This document shows positions 60,528-64,000 of a stretch of DNA of 64,000 nt, piece after piece. The stretch lies in the NCBI RefSeq assembly GCF_037042905.1, contig NC_087250.1, positions 6,946,001 to 7,010,000 on the forward strand. Reading direction: 5' to 3'. The notes under the pieces are model-generated. The model saw nothing but the letters and a program-made list of their open reading frames with translations, had not been told where the DNA came from and ran no database searches. A program made the position numbers and the translations under genes. Within the stretch, counting starts at the first letter, position 1. Every line of letters starts with the position of its first letter. Origin of the DNA: Lytechinus pictus. Lineage: Eukaryota.

Positions 60528-61569
60528 TACTTACATTACAGGCAAGATACGAGATAGGTCCCAATGTAATGTAACACATAAACACATTTTTTTTCTTAAA
60601 AAAAAAATAACATCCAACACAAAAAGAACAAATGAATAAATTTAGACTAATTTCTCAAGAGGTAGGGAGTTCACAATACTTTCCTATACGGGATACATAT
60701 ACACAATATAATACATTACTCGTCGTACATGATTTTGCTTTTGGCTCTGTAACACAAAAGGCTTGGGACTGATTGCAAATTTGAAAGAGGAATTCTCATT
60801 GGATACTGATCAAATGTTATCACAAAATGTGTATGAAGCAATGAACTTAATTGGCCATCATGAATTTGAGTTTGAGGGCAAACCATTACGTAACCTTGCC
60901 TGGTTTTTTAGATAGCAGCATGTATGAATACAACTGATAAGCCCACAAGTTCACAGAGGATACAAATCTGTTCATCGCATTTTCTAACCTTTGTTTAGGA
61001 TTTCTGGGAGCATTCTTCGACATCACACAATGATGTAAAATCTGTCAGCTTTCCTTGGTTTTGATTGGTGGAGAGCAGATGTGTCAGATGTGTAACTATG
61101 GTAACTGTAGGATAATAACACCTCTCACGCAATAGTCACCAGGACACCATTTTATGATTGGATGAAGGCGGCTCAACTATGGATGGCCAGCAATGCCAAG
61201 TATATGAGAGCATAGTAATCAAAAGGTGATACAGACTGAAGACGTATGCTTCCTCGATTAACTAGATTGATTTTACATTACGAGGAGTGTGCGATTGATT
61301 TGTAGATTGAAATCATGGTGTTGCTGGCTTTCAATGGGTGGGACTGAATGGAGTCAATACACTGCTTAGCCCATGATTGGGCACAATAGGAACTCACTTC
61401 CTGGTACAAGGGTTTCTGGGAAACTGCACCGAGGTCAGGACAACAGAGATGACAATGGGTTTTACAACAAAGAACTTGCATGAACTTGAAGACATGGTAG
61501 TAGGTTTCTTCTGAAAGAAGTGTGAATGCTGCTTCACCTATGACAGTAGGTGAAAGGCTATATGACTGT

Positions 61570-62147
61570 AACGGGTGCAGCCTAACGGTTCCGGTATATG
61601 AAACACCTTGCCTGGGTTCGGTGACAAGGTAGTTCCCAACAGTGTCTTGGATGCTGCTGTTTCTGGTGGCACAAGACTAGTTGTCAGGCCAGGAGTTGCG
61701 TAGTACAATCTACTCTCAATGAAACAATATTACAAACGATCTTGCCGGATTTTGTAACCAGGTAACTCCTGACGAAGTCTTTGATGTTGCTATTTCCGAT
61801 GGCACAAGACCAGTCCTCTGGACAAAAGCTGCAGAATGGAACCTACTCTCAACGTAAAAGTGCTTTTTACAAAAGACTTTGCCTAGATTTTACGCCAAGG
61901 TAGTTCCTATTCGTGTCTCGGATGCCTCTCTGTTTCCGATAGCACAAGACTTGTAATCTGGCCATGAGCTACACAGATATGAACCTAAAAATGAGAGAAA
62001 AAATGGTGCTATTACAAAAGACCTTGCATGGATTTGATGACAAGGTAATTCCTAATAAGTCTTTCGCATTGCTGTTCCCGATGGCACAAGACGAGGCGTC
62101 TGGACAAAAGCTGCAGATGAAACCTACTCTCAACGGAAAAGTGCTTT
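61570..62147 (-). repeat. Decaying tandem copies of the end of the adjacent coding exon
   Basis: About four diverged units, each with minus-strand CTTGTGCCA..GGAA..AGC, GGAA(T/C)TACCT(T/G)G and GCAAG(G/A)T. Confidence 0.75.
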
Positions 62148-62410
62148 CTACAAAAGACCTTGCCTGGATTTGGTGACAAGGTAATTCCTAATGAAGTCCT
62201 TGACGTTGCTCCACGTCCGATGTCCCAGGACAGGCTGCCGCGCCAGAAGCTGTTGAATGGGACCCTTGCCAGGGAGTTTGTTCTGCAGGATCTCATGTTG
62301 GAACATCTCAAAGACTGCCGCCTTCTCGTCGGGTGTCCAGGGGCGCTTCTGAGGCTTCTTGCGAGGGCTGTCAGATGACGAGGAGGACTTCGCCCGACTC
62401 TTCTTTGAAC
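62148..62410 (-). CDS. Last coding exon of a gene extending towards/beyond the right edge; C-terminal Myb/SANT-like motif
   Basis: Acceptor TTCTTTTTCCAACCAG at 62411-62412; SKKSRAKSSSSSDSPRKKPQKRPWTPDEKAAVFEMF..ILQNKLPGK...RTWSNVKDFIRNY; GC-richer than flanks. Confidence 0.75.
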
Positions 62411-64000
62411 CTGGTTGGAAAAAGAATGAAACGGATGTTAAAGTTTTGATCATCGACTCAAATTTACCTCTTGGCAGAGTGCTTGAATTCCATCCCACAA
62501 TGCATTGCCTTTAAGAACTATGAAGGTAAAGTCCCCAGTTTCTGTGATACTGAACACAGAAAAATCCCACTGAATTTCTAAGAACATGGAATTAACACAA
62601 TTTCAAGGAAAATGCCTTCTATCCGGCCAAAATAGTTAAATTTGGAAATTCACATTTAAAAAAGGTTGCAGTTTTTATTTGCATACTGTAATATGTAAAA
62701 TTATCTAAACCTCCAATTTCTATATTTGTAACAGCTTTATCATTATTTGTATTTGTCACTTAAGAAAAAAAATTATGTACAGGAAAACTGGGGGCTTTCC
62801 TACCTACCAACCCTGACTGCCGAGAAAATTACTAAGCAATCCCCAGATACAGACGCATTCTTACATTTCATTCAATACAACATTAAAAATATAACAAAAA
62901 TAGGGAAACATGGGTTAAAATTGCAATTTTCTTTTCCCTGAAATAGGAATGATCCAATTGGAAAACTTCGCAGACATGGGCTATAGTATGGTAAAGTCCC
63001 CAAAGTCTGTTTAGTGCCCCTAGTCTGCGTATGCGCCATTCTTATAAAAGACACACAACAACTAAACTCGACACCTGCAACACATAGACAGATAATCAAT
63101 AAAAAAATCTGACTCAAAATGGTGCGGAAAAAAAAAATCGAATTTGTGACGACCTCAAAATGCAGCCTTTTCTCGTCAAAATCTCAGACTTTGGAGTAAA
63201 GCGAATGGGTGCGCAGACATGGGGCACGGTTTTTTTTCTTCAATTTGAAGATGACTGGCCGAGGCTTTTTTACAAGAAAATATTATGCCTTTCAAATTAT
63301 CATGAGATGTTTGGCACACTTACTCATAAGATTATAAAGAACATATCGAGTGATTTTTTTTGTGTAATACAAATACTCGTGTTTCATCTGAATCTAAATT
63401 CTTAGGTGTGCAGACAGGCCCCCCCCCCCCCCCCCACCATCCCCTTCATACATAAAGTCAGCTACTCTCCGCTGGCTACCGCTGTAATCTCTGAACATAA
63501 AAGATTTTCAGTTTGTTAAACGTCTGTACCGTATCAATAGTTCAAATTACTCTTGTCAGTCTACAATACACTAAATAACTGGCTCTAGAGTACTTGAATA
63601 ACTGTGCAACTTAGCATAATAATACTAATAACAATATAAATAGACATTTATATAGCACCATCTATCTAGAAATATTCTATTCAGTAGAGAACTGTGGTCA
63701 GTCTCCAAATAGTGAGAATATGTTTGGTCACATGATGCTACAGGAAAACATTTTTTTTTTTTCCCCCAAATAATAATAATAATAATTAGACTTATATCGT
63801 GCCAAATCCACTCTGTAGAGAGCTCAAGGCTCTTTTTAGGTAATTATAATAAAGGAAATTAAGAAGAATTGAAGAGAAATGTGTTAAGGTATTGTTTGAA
63901 AGTTTCTGAGGTCAAGCACTGTTTAATGTTTCCAGGGAGGCTATTCCATAACTTGTAGGATGAGTGAACAAATGATCTTTTACCCAGGTTTTGGAAACTT

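Overview
AT-rich, repeat-dense animal genomic DNA. The SINE/MITE repertoire and GT-AG introns suggest a sea urchin-like invertebrate (inference). The centrepiece is a complete 16.15-kb EnSpm/CACTA (CMC) DNA transposon at 26525-42675 with CACACAG TIRs and a TA target duplication. It carries an intact, intronless C2H2-zinc-finger DDE transposase and a second 9-exon gene for a ~496-aa SAMD3-like accessory protein. The ATG of that second gene appears to exist only after a leader exon is spliced across the whole transposase ORF. The transposon lies in a five-level nest of DNA transposons with recoverable TSDs. The window also holds a decayed Crypton-type tyrosine-recombinase element (~3.0-5.0 kb) and a head-to-tail train of three Harbinger-type elements carrying RFX X-box arrays (16.0-23.3 kb). 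There is also a G-rich foldback element and many Kolobok, piggyBac, hAT, EnSpm and Tc1-type MITEs and tRNA-derived SINEs. Two host-like minus-strand genes are present: a 431-aa Pro/Tyr-motif adaptor-like protein (48061-49356) and the last exon of a gene ending in a Myb/SANT-like motif (62148-62410). All family assignments come from motif recognition by eye; no database search was run.
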